DNA of 64,000 nucleotides from Chiloscyllium plagiosum (Eukaryota): assembly GCF_004010195.1 (NCBI RefSeq), contig NC_057719.1, positions 43,165,789 to 43,229,788 on the forward strand, in the 5' to 3' direction. Shown piece after piece: positions 37,054-49,713 of the stretch. The notes under the pieces are model-generated. The model ran no database searches. It was not told the origin of the DNA and saw only the letters and a list, made by a program, of their open reading frames with translations. The position numbers were made by a program, and so were the translations under genes. The first letter of the stretch is position 1, and the number at the start of each line of letters is the position of its first letter.

Positions 37054-37307
37054 GAGTTTTGAGAAGATTTGTAACTTAGGTTGAGGTTCTGGATGTAGGT
37101 TTGCTTGCTGAGCTGGAAGGTTCATTTCCAGACGTTTCATCACCATACTAGATAACATCTTCAGTGGGCCGCTGGGCGAAGCACTGCTGATAATTCCTGC
37201 TTTCTTTCGAGTTTTTTTGGGTTGGTAATGTCACTTCCTGTGATGTCATTTCCTGTTCTTTTTCTCAGGGGGTGGTAGATGGGGTCTAACTCGATGTGTT
37301 TGTTGAT
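37054..37307 (-). mobile_element. PLE 3' fragment (third family) with hammerhead motif at 37128-37167
   Basis: INKHIELDPIY C-terminus; cca-CTGAAGA-t-gttatc tagtat ggtgat-GAAA-cgTC-tgg; TSD aattacagc (37045-37053, 37308-37316). Confidence 0.8.
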
Positions 37308-37316
37308 AATTACAGC

Positions 37317-37730
37317 TATGAAGAGAGGTTGAGTAGATTAGGATTATTTTCATTAGAAAGACGGAGGCTGAGGTCTACAAAATCATGAGCGGTAATAGAC
37401 AGGGTGGATAACAAGAAACCTTTTCCCAGAGTGGGGCAATCAATTACTAGGGTTCACGAGTTCAAGGTGAGAGGGAAAAAAGTTTAAGGGAGGTACACGT
37501 TGAAAGATCTTTACGCAGAGGGTGGTGAGGGACTGGAACATGTTGCCAGAGGAGGTGGTAAAGGTGGACACAATAGCATCATTTAAGATGTATCTAGACA
37601 GATATATGAATGGGCAGGGAGCAGAGATACAGATCCTTAGAAAATAGATGACAGGTTTCGTTAAAAAATCTGGATCAGCGCATGCTTGGAGGGCCAAAGG
37701 GCCTGTTCCTGTGCTGTAATTTTCTTTGTT
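37317..37730 (+). mobile_element. CR1 3' fragment
   Basis: YEERL.RLGLFSLERRRL; TRVHEF; WNMLP. Confidence 0.85.
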
Positions 37731-37828
37731 TTTTGACAGACAAAAAAAAAATTGTATAATGGATGAAGAGAGAAATCTGAACGCAATTCAATTTCCCTAG
37801 TCCACAGGGTTTGCTGAGATGATCCTTT

Positions 37829-38154
37829 CAGCAAAAGTGGGGACTGCAGCTGCTGGAGATCAGTCAAGATTAGAGTGGTGCTGGAAAAGCACAGCAGATC
37901 AGGCAGCATCTGAGGAGCAAGAATACTGACGTTTCTGACAAGAGCCCTTTATCAGGAATGAGGCATGGAGCCTCCTCAGTGGAGAGATAAATGGGAGGGG
38001 GCGGTGGGGTTGGGGACAAGGTGGATAAGAGTACAATAGGTGGAAGGAGGGGATAGGTCAGAGGGGAGGGTAGAGCAGATAGGTGGGAAGGAAGATTGGC
38101 AGGTAGGACAGGTCATGAGGGTGGTGCTGAGCTGGAAGGTTGGAACTAGGGTAA
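37829..38154 (-). mobile_element. PLE terminal-repeat fragment
   Basis: TSD agatgatccttt (37817-37828, 38155-38166); homologous to 1120-1270. Confidence 0.85.
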
Positions 38155-40324
38155 AGATGATCCTTTGCTTATTGAACTTTAATTTCTCTTTCACAATACC
38201 TTTTCACCTCTTCATAGGAAGTACAGACAGTTGATACATCATCTGTAAAATCTCTTTGTTACTAGTTAAAACCACAGCTTACAGCAACTGGTGAGGGAAT
38301 GTAAACTGGTTTTCTTCAAGTTTTAGATATTTTATTGGAGAGAAATGTACACCATCTCCCCTTCTAGAGGTCTAAAGGCTTCCACCAGTTTTGTGTACAG
38401 CCAAAGCTGTTGAGCTACCCAGAAGCCAATAGATAGCTGTTGCCAAGCTGATGGCCTTGCTCATCTACAACTGGTCAACAACCAATAAACTACCGGTTGC
38501 TGGCTGTATCTCACTTTGTACACACTTCCTGATACTGACCTGTCTGCAAGCAAACAAACAAACAAAGTCTCCCTCACTGAACAAAGCAACCATGTAAACA
38601 CAATTTACAATAAGCTTCAGTAACATGCTTTTGAAAAATGCACAAATTCCCTCCACAATCCTTGGTTTAAAGACTATCCTTTCCCCACTTCAGTCCAAAT
38701 TAAAAATACAGACAAATGAACAGACACAATCTTTTCAGCAATATTTGACTACATTAGAGGAGTATTGGCAAAATTGGAGTCTATAGGAATTCGGGGCAAA
38801 ACACTACACTGGTTGAGGTCATTTCAAGTAGATAGGAAGATGATTGTGGTTTTTGGAAGCCAATCATCTCAGTCGTATGGTATTGCTTCCTAATAGTATT
38901 GGGGGTGTCCTTACACCCAAAGGACTGCAGCAGTTCAAGATTACCACCACCTTAAGAGCAGTTGGGTATGGGCAATAAAACCTGGGTTGTACACAGCATC
39001 CCATGTTGTTGGTGAGGGCAGCAATTACCGCTCATTCCCAATTGCCCTATCTGAATGGCTCACTTCAGAAAGCTGTTGGTTTGCAGTCAAGTAGGTCAGG
39101 CTAGATAAGAATGGCAAGATTTCCTACCCTGAGGAACATTAGTGAACCACCTGAGGGGTGGATTTTTAGGACAATCAATGATAGTTCCATTATCACTGTT
39201 ACGGAGTTGAACTTACAATTCCAGTTTTGAATAAATGGAACATATATTTCATTTCTTCATCATGGAATTTATGTCCATGAGAGGTACAAAATTGCAGGCC
39301 TGAAGATGAAACACCCATCTTTGATCTGTCTAGCTTGCACACACTTGCAAATACTAGTTACAATGAGCAGGTAATTGAAGTGATGTTGTACTTTGGTGTA
39401 TTTTAGCTGCACTCACATAAGATGGGAAAAGGAGCAAGGATATTGTAACATTTGTGTAACAGAATACAGATTGTCATTTTGGTTCACTAAGAAGTTTTCT
39501 CTGAATCACAGGAAAGTTTATGTTCCTCACAAAGCAAATCATTTGAATTAATAACCTGAAGTTTGTTTTGAGCATTTAGGAAACATGTCACCTTTAACTT
39601 AAAATTTCTGTGTGATAAATATTAGGCAAATTATTGACAGTGTCCTGTGTCTGTGTTACTGGGAAAATCTGTCCTGAATTCTGTAGCTATTTACCAATAC
39701 CAACAACACCCCTCTCCCCATCTGTGTTGTACCACATTTGTCAGTGGTCCTGAAATTGGCAACAGTCTAAACATTGAGCAGCACCATTTTCTTCTTGTGA
39801 AGCTGACTGTTTGTTGTGCAAATGGATTCCTGATTAATTTTGTTTGTTTATATTAGGGGGAAAAGGCATGCTGCTGTTATCATCCAGTCTTCCTCTCCCC
39901 TTTGGTTGTATTTCGCTTGACTGAAGCTCCTTTTTCCCCACCAGATGATAAATTGACAAAAATGAATTTTGAAAAGTCTGCATGTTTACCATCATACATA
40001 GTGCACAGTGTGGCAGGTTTATATCTCAACTATTTTTTAAACTTAAGTAAATGGTAAAAATTTGGAAAGGAAACCTTCACTCAGGTTGCTGGTTTACTGA
40101 TTATTCCAAAGTATAAACAATGCTTGGGAAAAATTCAAAAATGAATAAAGTGGGCTAAATTATAGAATACACTGAAGTTTAACAGCAGGTTTTAAGCCAG
40201 GTTTTTCTAAAAATCTGTACTCCAAGATTAAAAACTCAAAATCATGCATTTATTTGATGACTTCAATGTGTTTTTCAGCATATGAAGTGCAATCATAGTT
40301 AAAATATAGGTAACACAGTAACCA

Positions 40325-40630
40325 ATTTGCAGACAACAAGCCCCAGCATTACAGCAAAGTAATAATGACGCAGATAATCTATTTTAATGATGTTAATTGG
40401 GGCATACAAGGACTAACTTTCCAGTTCTTCTTTAAACCTGTGTCTTCTGATCTTTTACATCCACCTGAGGGGCTAAGCAGTACCCTGGTTTATTATTTCA
40501 CCCAAAGGATGGCATCTTTGACAACACAGTAGCCCATCAGTGTCAGCCTATGTTTTGTGCTCAACTTTCTGGAAGGAACTTAATTTTATCATTTCCTGCC
40601 GCAGAGGCAAGAGTGTGACAAATGAGCTAT
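40325..40630 (-). mobile_element. Deu-domain SINE (SacSINE1/AmnSINE1-like)
   Basis: Reverse complement contains ctcaggtggatgtaaaagatc...aagaagaactgg...aacatcattaaaatagattatctg. Confidence 0.7.
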
Positions 40631-40764
40631 GAGAGACACTCTTTCATTCACGGTTTCTAAAAGAAATGTTCTTTTGTATAAATTGTGCTATGATTGGAGT
40701 TCCAATTCTGATGATGTCATATATTTAGGAAGTCTGAAGTATGATTTTGCAGATGGCAGGGTGC

Positions 40765-42750
40765 TTCTTTTATTCAATTACAGGATGTAGGTGTCACAGG
40801 CTAGGTCAGTAGTTGTTGCTTAATTCTAAGTGCCTTTGAAAGTGTGGTGGGAACCACCTTCTTCAACTACTGCAGTCCTTGCATGCTCAGACACCTACTG
40901 TGCTATTTGAATGGCAATTCCAGGATTTACACCTGTCGGCAGTGAAGGAAAGGCGACTTGTTTCCAAGTCAGGAAACTTGTTGATGTTGATTTGAGGGGA
41001 ACTTGCCAGTAATGATGTTCTCATGCTTCTGCTGTCCATGTCCTTCTATACAGTCAGGCCAATAATTTCAAAGGTTCTATTATGCATCATGCAGATGGTA
41101 TGCATTGCTGCTACAATGCATTAATGGTGAAAGTAATGAGGGTGGAAGGTGATGGACGGGATGTCAATCAAATGGGTTGCATTCTCCTTGATGGTGCTGA
41201 GCTTTCTGGAGTTGGTGGCACTGTACCATAACAGGCAAATAGACCATATTCCACCTGGATTTGTCCCTCGTAGATGGTGACAGGCATTGTGGAAAAACCC
41301 ACCTTATGAATCCCCAGAGTTTCTAGCCACAGTATTTTAGTAGCTGGTCTGGTCAGTTTCTGGTCAATGGTAAGCCCCAGAATGTTGATAGTGAAGTATT
41401 CTGCAATACTAATGCCATTAAAATGTCATGGAACAATGGTTAGGTTCTCTCTTGTTGGATGCCTGCCACATCCGTGGCACAAATGTTACTTGTCAGTTAT
41501 CAGCCTAAGTCTTATAGCTTCATCAGGTTTTGTTGCACATGGACACAGACTGCTTCGGTACTTGAGGAGTTGTGAATAATGCTGAACATTGTTTAATCCC
41601 CACTCCTGGCCTTACGATGGAGAAAAGATTATTGATGAAGCATATAAAGGTGGTTGACCCTAAGGGACTATTCTGAGGAACCCCTGCAGTGCTATCCTGT
41701 GGTTGAGATGATTGACCACCAATAACCATTTTACTTTGAACCAAATATGAATCCAATGAGTCAAGCATTTTTTCCTCAGATTCCTCTTGAATGCAGTGCT
41801 GCTATGGCTCCTTAACGTTGCACAGAGTCAAATGCAGCCTTGATGTCAAGGGCAGTCACTCTCATCTCACCTCTGAAATTCAGTTCTTTTGGATCAAAGC
41901 TGTGATGAGGTCAGCAGCAGAGAGAGACTAGTAAAACCCAAACAGAGTGTCAGTGAGCAAGATTTTCCTTTGTAAGTTATACCAGATAGCACTATTAAAA
42001 GACCCCTCCATCACTTTGTGGCTGATCAAGAGCAGACTGATGGGGTTTAACTGGCTGGGTTGGAATTATCCTGCTTTTTGGGGATAGGATACCCATATTG
42101 TAGGGTTGATGTCAGTGTTGTAGCTTTATTGGAACACCTTGGCTAGAGAAGTGGCTGGTTCTGGACATCAAGTTTTCAGGACTATTTCTGACACTGTCTG
42201 GGTACATAACCTTTACAATATCCCATGCCTTCAATGGTTTCTCGATATTACACAGAGTAAATCAGATTGCTTGAAGAGAGTCCTCTGTGATACTAGATGT
42301 CTCAGGAGAATGCAGAAACTGGTTATCTATTTGGCACTTCTGGCTGAATGTGGTCAAATGTGTGCAGTCTCCACCTTCTGTCAGTTCTTTAATTATCCAC
42401 CACGATTCACAACACTGAGACAGAACTGCAGAACTTAGACTGATCCTTTGGCTATGGGATTGCTTAGCCCCTGTCTTCTGTATGCTACTTCAACTGTTTG
42501 ACATGTATGTAGTACTATGTTGTAGCTTTATCAAGTTGACATCTTATATTTTTGTGTGCCTGGTGTTGTTTCTGGAATGCTCTCTTGCACTCTTTATTGA
42601 GCCAGGGTTGATTTCACAGCTTCTTAGTATTGATAAAGTAAAGGACATATTTTGTAATAGGTTAGATTATAGTTGAGAACAACCACATGGATGCCAGCTT
42701 GAGTCGTTAGATCTGTTCAAATACTATCCCATTTAGCACAGTATAGGTAC
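40765..42750 (-). mobile_element. CR1/L2-group LINE, long RT and 3' fragment
   Basis: ORF 41523-41768 AGVPQNSPLGSTTFICFINNL; family tail at 40770-40880. Confidence 0.85.
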
Positions 42751-42809
42751 TTTCAGTTTTGAATCGGATGGTGGCAAATTTAAGTCCAAATAAAGAAACC
42801 TTAACACAA

Positions 42810-43075
42810 ATTTCAAACGGACACTTCAGTGTTGTCCCAAGGGAGGGTTGTGTTGTCTTTCAGATTGAAACATTAAACCATGTCCCTGTCTAGTTACTTA
42901 AGTCTATGTAAAAAAATTCATGGTGATATTCAAGGAAGAGCGAGGTAGTTTTCTCCAATGATATGACTGATGTTAATCCTTCAACCAACACAACTAAAAA
43001 AAGTTTTTAATGGCTGTCAAATACTTATGAATCTGTGAGGATGTGAAAGGTGCTAATTGAATGCAAGTCTTTTCA
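42810..43075 (+). mobile_element. Deu-domain SINE (diverged)
   Basis: gtctttcagattgaaacattaaacc...gaagagc...ccttcaaccaac; L2-type tail gtgaaaggtgct...atgcaagtcttt. Confidence 0.6.
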
Positions 43076-44227
43076 GGGCTAAGAGAACAGGCTTTCGTTC
43101 TTCGAGGACCAGTTTAACTCAACTACAGCATGAAAGTTTCAGGGTTCACCTGATGGAGGTGCTGAAGATTATGAAAAGGTAAACAGTGTGATTATTTTCC
43201 GCCGGTTAGTAAAATTACAGTGTGAATGCAGAAATTTAAGCTAACCACAAGATGGAGAAAATATTTGAAAAGAATGTCTTTGAACAAAGCATGCAAGAAT
43301 GTAGAATTCTCCACCATAAACTATCACTGAAGCAGAGCCTGTTAAGAAAATTAAATAATTTTGTTTACGAAACAGAAATATTAAATGATATGGGAATTGA
43401 GAATGGGATTAGATTTCATAGTTGAAAAAGGAGAAAAACTGATGTGGTAAACACGACCACTGGTCACCACACACATTCTAGTACTGTAACATTCTACAAC
43501 TCTTACAGTTCTGCGACTATCTCTTTAGTTTATCAAAATATATATACACAAGTGTATCAAAGAACCAATTTCTGGTGTGGTTTATTTTACCATTTCAGGA
43601 AAGCATCTAAAACTGGTTACATTATCGAGAGCATTAGCTAAACTTATAGAAAAGCTTAAGAAATAAATAACTTAAACTACCAGTTTACACTTATCTGCAG
43701 TGTTCATTACATTAGTAAACTAAATCAACATTTTCACCATCAAGGATTAGGTATATGGAAATGCTGGGAGATGTTTCAATTGTCTCCAAAATTTAGATCT
43801 TGAATTACATCCCCCGCACCACTTATCAGATTCCACTTTATCTGCATGTCACTGAGCCACTTTAATGAATGCAAATAGCTTCACTAATTCTTTATATTAG
43901 CGCATTCCATAATTCAAATTAAAAATCTGTCACTTGTTTAACCAGGGAACAGTTCTCTGGCAATGAAAGAAAATAAATGTAAAAGAACTTGAACTTACAT
44001 AGCTCCTTTTCACAAACTCAAGCATCCCAATGAATTACACACTGAAATGGATGGATGCTGGAATGTGAATCCAAACAGAGTGCTGGAGAAACACTGCAGG
44101 TCTGGCAGTACCAGTGGAGAGAAAAACACTTAAGGTTTCATCAAAATCTCTCAGGTTCTGACAAACACAGTCACCAGACTTAAAATGTTAACTTTTGTTT
44201 CTCTCAACGATACGGTGTTTCTCAAAA

Positions 44228-44552
44228 GGCGAGGTGTTTTCCCTGGGGTGGGGGACTCCAGAACTAGAGGGCATAGGTTTAGGATGAGAGGGGAAAGATT
44301 AAAAGGAACCCAAAGAGCAACTTCTTCACGCAGAGGGTGGTGAGTGTATGGAACGGGCTGCCAAAAGTATTGGTGGAGGCTGGTACAATTGCAGAATTTA
44401 AAAGGCATCTGGATGGGTATATGAATAGGAAAGGCTTAAAGGGATATGGGCAAAGTGCTGACAAATGGGACTAGATTAAGTTAGGATATCTGGTTGGCAG
44501 AGACGAGTTGGACCGAAGGTCCTGCTTCCATGCTGTACATCTCTATGACTCT
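44228..44552 (+). mobile_element. CR1 3' fragment adjoining a PLE fold-back remnant (about 44045-44225)
   Basis: SRTRGHRF...FFTQRVV; ctctatgact tail. Confidence 0.9.
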
Positions 44553-45429
44553 AAAACTCTGTTTCTGTGCCAAAGAATTTCAACTTACTTTGTTAATTTA
44601 GCTTTGTTGATGCCATATGCTCCTTGATCATAAGATGCCATAAAGATGTATAAATTAATTTATTGTAAGTGCATACAGGTCAGGAGGGTATTCATTCGGT
44701 AATAATTGCAGGTATATTAAAGAGATGTACTTACCTTTGAGGCAAGGTAGAAGTGTCCCTACCTATGGGCAAGTCCCACCTGTTGCAGAGACACATTGTA
44801 GTAACTGTAAAACGGCTGAGTAAAATGTTTTGAGGATTTTAGGTAACCCTATCTCTAGGTGAGAGGTTTCGGTTTAATTCCCCTGCTCTGGAGGTGTACA
44901 ACAAATATCCAAATATGAACTCTTCTTCAAAGAGTTGTAAAAGGTGGCAGCCTCTTTTACATTATGTAAAACGGGCTATTCCTCACATTTTGGTTATATT
45001 TCAGCTTCACACACCTGATTTGTTTAAAAACTTTTATTGGTATTTAAATGAGTATCAAGGGATACTTTTCGACACTGGTGGTGGGTTGCAGAGTTAGGAG
45101 CTATGCAAGTGTAATGCCTCACTTTGTGAATAAATCTAAAACTGAGTAAAGAATTAATTCTGGTCTTCTTCACCAGTTGACTGTATCAAGAAATTAACTG
45201 AACAACATGGTCCATCCTAATTTATCCATGCAGAATCCTAAATGCAACAGTAGACCTTATGTACACTCTTACATTGTACATAAAAATACCACTCTTACAT
45301 TGGACATAAAAATACCAACAGATCATGGTGTAGTAACAGATTTAAAGATTGTCTATAACCAACGAATTCACAAAAGTGGTTTTGTGCAGCTGATTAGGTT
45401 CTGGGTAATTCAGATGGAGGATGGGTAAA

Positions 45430-46508
45430 AATTGTGGCTGTAAGAGCTGCTCCATTTTTGAGGTACTTTAGGTGCTGGAGGAGATTTCCTCAAATACTAG
45501 GAGCAACTATTACTGTTTTATATACTGTTACATTGATTTGGAACTTTGGGGGACAAAATATAAAAATAATGGCACTTTAAAAAGGAGGAAACATACAAAG
45601 GCATTAACCACACAGTCAGAAAAAACCTACACTGCTTTCTGACACAGCAGTGACTCTGAACAGTTACTGTCTTTGCTGTTTGAGTTCAAGTATCTCTGGA
45701 CATCAGAGTGCATCTAAGAAAAATTAACAAACAGTGAAATTCACAGCTGACCTTGGAGGAACCTCTGTGGGAGAGCTCACAGCACAGGAACAGATAAGTG
45801 CATTGTTTTTAAGTGTAGCCTTGCTGTAAATCTACAATAGTAAGTAGAGTGCCTTCTTTCTTGACTATATGTTTTACTGAGATCTGTCTCTTGATTAAAG
45901 TTTAAAAATATTAGCCATAACTATTAAGTTAGCCTGGAGCATTTTTTTTTAAAGAGGATTATTTTCTGGGTCTATAGATTGCGAAGGAGCAAAGATAGCC
46001 TTTAGTAGAGTGATGTGATCTTCCTGCTGGAGTTTAGGAAGAGTTACTTGTTAGTGATGAAGGAAGTGTCTGCAGAAGGTGTCTTTGATTGCAAATCCTA
46101 TTATATTGCATGGATCAATTGGAGCAGCAGTTAGAGACAATAAGGAATTTACAGGAGCTGGGGGTGTGATGGCTGGCAGTTATAGCAAGGGAGAAAAACC
46201 GCAGATACAATCAGGTAGACTGGGTAACTCCAGGAAAGGTAGGAGGAGTAAGCAAGTAGTGCAGGAATCTCCTGTGGCTATTCTCATCTCAAATAAATAT
46301 GCTGTTTTGGAAAATGTAGACAGTGATGGATTCTCAGGAGAATGCAGCATGAACAGCCAAGTTTCTCGTACCAAGAATGGCTCTAATGTAATCAGGGGTA
46401 CATTGGGTTCCAAGCCATCAATTGTGATAGGGGACTCTCTCATCAGAGATACAAACTGACATTTCTGCGGCTATCTGTTTACGTGCTGTACATCTCTATG
46501 ACTCTATG
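45430..46508 (+). mobile_element. Internally deleted CR1: 5' UTR plus partial ORF1 joined to the 3' tail
   Basis: VVQESPVAILISNKYAVLE and IVIGDSLIR (SGNH esterase GDS motif) followed directly by gtgctgtacatctctatgactctatga. Confidence 0.8.
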
Positions 46509-47118
46509 AAAGTATTATGAGCACTATGTGTGTTCCACTTGTGAACTCCCAGATAAACTGTAAGGCTAAAATGATATTTGAGCCAAGAAAAAAAGTTAAT
46601 GGAGTACCAATTTTGTACTGATGCATATTTCAATGCAGGTACATGCCATGTATAATGACCTTTTTAATAGGCTGTGAAAGAGTGAAGTCTTTTAACCATG
46701 ACTTGCATTTAAAATTTGATATTAAAAGTTGGCAGTTGCAGCACTTACAAAATGGTTTACATAAATCTATAGCTTTAGGAAATTAACAGTAGTGATATTC
46801 AAGGGGTTTTTTTATTTTTTATGAAGGATCCAACTCCAAAGTGTTCCTAGTCTTTGTCAGCTTGATTTTAAGATCACCTTTTCAAGAAGATTGAACACAG
46901 GAGACAAACCTCAACATGACACTTGGTCACAGAGTACAGATGAATCACACCTGATTTCTACCTAATCCAAAAGGCTGATATATCATAATGTTCCTGAAGA
47001 AACATTCATTTTAATGAAAATATCAAAATATTAAAACATTAACAAAACTAACCTACACATCATTGCAGTGACTATCAAAACAGCACCTGTCACTCTATTT
47101 CCCACCATCAGCTGATGA

Positions 47119-47594
47119 TTCTGGTCTCCTTGCTATAGGAAGGATGTTGTGAAACATGAAAGATTTACAAGGATGTTGCCAGGGTTGGAGGGTTTCAGCT
47201 GCAGGAAGAGTCTGAATAGACTGGGGCTGTTCTCTCTCGAGCTTCAGAGGCTGAGGGGTGACCTTATAAAATCATGACAGGGTAAATAAACAAGGTCTTT
47301 TTTCTGGGGTGGGAGAGTCCAGAACTAGACAGCATAGGTTTAGGGCGAGAGGTGAAAAAAATTAAAAGGGACCTCAGGGGCAACTTTTTCACGCAGAAGG
47401 TGGCGAGTGTATAAAATGAACTGCCAGAGGAAGTGGAGGAGGCTGGTAGAATTACATTTAAAAAGCATTTGGATGGGTATATGAATAGGAAGGGTTTAGA
47501 GAGGCAAATGGAACTAGATTTATTTAGGATATTTGGTCGGCATGGACTACTTGGACCAAAGGGTCTGTTTCTGTGCCGTACATCTCTATGACTA
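47119..47594 (+). mobile_element. CR1 3' fragment
   Basis: FWSP..RKDVV; RLRGDL; ctctatgact tail. Confidence 0.9.
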
Positions 47595-48980
47595 ATTCCT
47601 TGATTACCTGTGCTCCTTTATTGTTATAAGTCCACCATAGACAGACAATCTAAATTCCCAATGAGTCAAGATTCATACAATACTTGAGTTACAGAATAGA
47701 TACAGATGTCATAATTAGTTTTACTTATGCCATTGATACAAGTTGTCTTGCATAACAAAATTTACACGCCCTTCAGAGGGACGTCTTAGTTTACTTTCAG
47801 CTTTTTCTGAACTCCGCCTCCTACAGCCCCTCCTCGCAGTCAATTGCCCTGTTTTTAAAAACTTAATTCCAGTTAAATCTCCACCCCTCACCCCACCCCC
47901 ACCGACACAAGAGGAATCCACCAGTCTAATTGGGACATCGTCTCTACTAATCTAGTCTTCACAACAGCAATGTATTTGAAAAATCCTGACAAGAAAGTTA
48001 AAACAAGGTTCATTTTGTGCGAGACACAGGCCTAGAGACTCCCACCGAAAACAATTGTGCATTAAAGTATATTAGAAAACAATGTACCTCGTAAGAAATT
48101 AAAATTAGTATTTTAACGTCTTTTCCAACAAGGTTGCTTTCCCTTTTACCAAGAGACAGTTTGAAATCCCTATGCATGGCAAACACCTAGTCAAATACCA
48201 GAGTCCCAGCACTGTTCTCTGGTTGAGAGTAATTTATTCAAGAAAGACTAGGATCAAATAGAATCCTTCCGGGATTATATTGACTTGTTTTACATTTCTG
48301 TATTTTATGATGTATGGGCTTTTTTTCCCCCCACAATCGGTCAAGAAAACAACCCCCACACTTCCCAGACCCCGTTTTGCCCCGAATTCTTTCTTGAATT
48401 TGGGGAGAAGTGGCAATCTTTTCTGAGACATTGAACATCAAACTCATGTATCCGCCAAACTGTCATTCTGGCAAACCCGTACATCAAATCAAGCGGAACA
48501 ACTAGTTCTCTCCCAAACCACTTCGGAGTCGGATGGGCTGGAAAAGCAACACAATGTTAGAAGATGCCAGAGTTTAACTAAAAAAAAGTTCACAATTTGC
48601 AAGAGAATAAGTGCGTCTCATTAAGTATTAGGAATTTTAAAATGAAGCTCGTTTACGCTCGTAGTTTCGAAGGCCGGTACCAGTTTACAACTGCTCCCTT
48701 CCCCGCCGATCATACCGATTTTCAACAGCTCCAGCACTTTGCAAGCAATTGTACTGTGTAAAAGGTTCGACAAATTAGCTTCCTGAATGAAGTCTTCGTG
48801 TTAACCTTGGTACTGGAATCTGAAATGACTGTTACGATGATTTTAGGACTTGTGTAATGTCACAAATATGGTGTTATATGTTTATAAGAAGCCTCACATT
48901 TTGCCCTATCTCTAACCCTGTAGGAACGCTTACACACCAGAAAAATCAACCCAATGTCTATGTACAGTTCCAGCACCCAC

Positions 48981-49250
48981 CTTAATATAGAGGAGACTTT
49001 TGCAACTTCCTTCTGTCGACTAGCGGAGGACTGAGCAGGGAAAGCGATTCTTGAGAGATCTTCTTTATGTTCATGGGAAAGCAGTGTCGCGGAGACATTC
49101 GCGCGAATACATTTTGGGTCTACATTGCAGGTTGCCTCCAAAGCCCTCCGTTAGATTTCCACACAAGCTGTGCTGCAAACAAGCTCCGAGATCCCAGGCT
49201 CGTCGCTCCAGGGCTCAAAGCGTCGAAACTACGGGAAAGATACTCGGTGA
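48981..49250 (-). other. Predicted first exon of the minus-strand transcript
   Basis: CpG-rich, adjacent to the promoter, donor AAG|GTGGGT at 48980. A further strong acceptor (tgcttttccag) lies at 48538. Start position approximate. Confidence 0.5.
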
Positions 49251-49700
49251 TTGACAGCTCGTCAGGTGCGGGCTCCTTCATTGGAGAAAAACGTCGTCCG
49301 GGCAACAAGAGCCGAACGGTTATTGGTCAACGACTTGTATCAGTGGTTGGCCCGCCCCGCGCTCTGACCAATCAAGATAAAGGAGCGTGTGTCGCAAGGC
49401 AGCGCGTGCTCGCCCGCCGAGCGACCGGAAACGTGGGCTGCTCCTTAACCATTGAGAGGATGCATTGTGCTCCGGAGCTGTATCTCTTCGTATCGAGGTA
49501 TAGGCGGTGTATGTGCCGCTCCTTCCTTACGTTTCCAATGTCATGTCAGCGAGGCACGAGCAGTGGCTCGGTTCCCGATTTCGAAATGCATGCAGGAGCT
49601 GAACTAGTTAAAAGGCCAGCGCCCAGGAGTGAAGGGGGGATGAAGAGCCCTGGAAGGAGCCTTCTACCAAGCTGTCTGTGAAGTCTGAGGTCTTGTGTTT
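49000..49700. promoter_or_regulatory. CpG island / probable bidirectional promoter
   Basis: Only extended non-repeat CpG-rich segment. ATTGG at 49280 and 49322, CCAAT at 49368, GC box at 49351-49358, ETS-like CCGGAA at 49425. Donors point outward on both strands. Confidence 0.85.
49420..49497 (+). other. Predicted first exon of a plus-strand gene
   Basis: Follows the promoter motifs; donor GAG|GTATAG at 49498; contains an ATG at 49460. Start approximate. Confidence 0.5.
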
Positions 49701-49713
49701 CTCCGGGGCAGTC

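Noticed and set aside
49460..49497. Resemblance of MHCAPELYLFVS to the NREP/P311 N-terminus
   Set aside because: Only a few residues match, the predicted continuation is unrelated and it stops after 20 codons.
49067..49681. 204-aa ORF across the CpG island
   Set aside because: Runs through the core promoter motifs and the predicted donor, has no recognisable domain, and GC-rich DNA is stop-poor.
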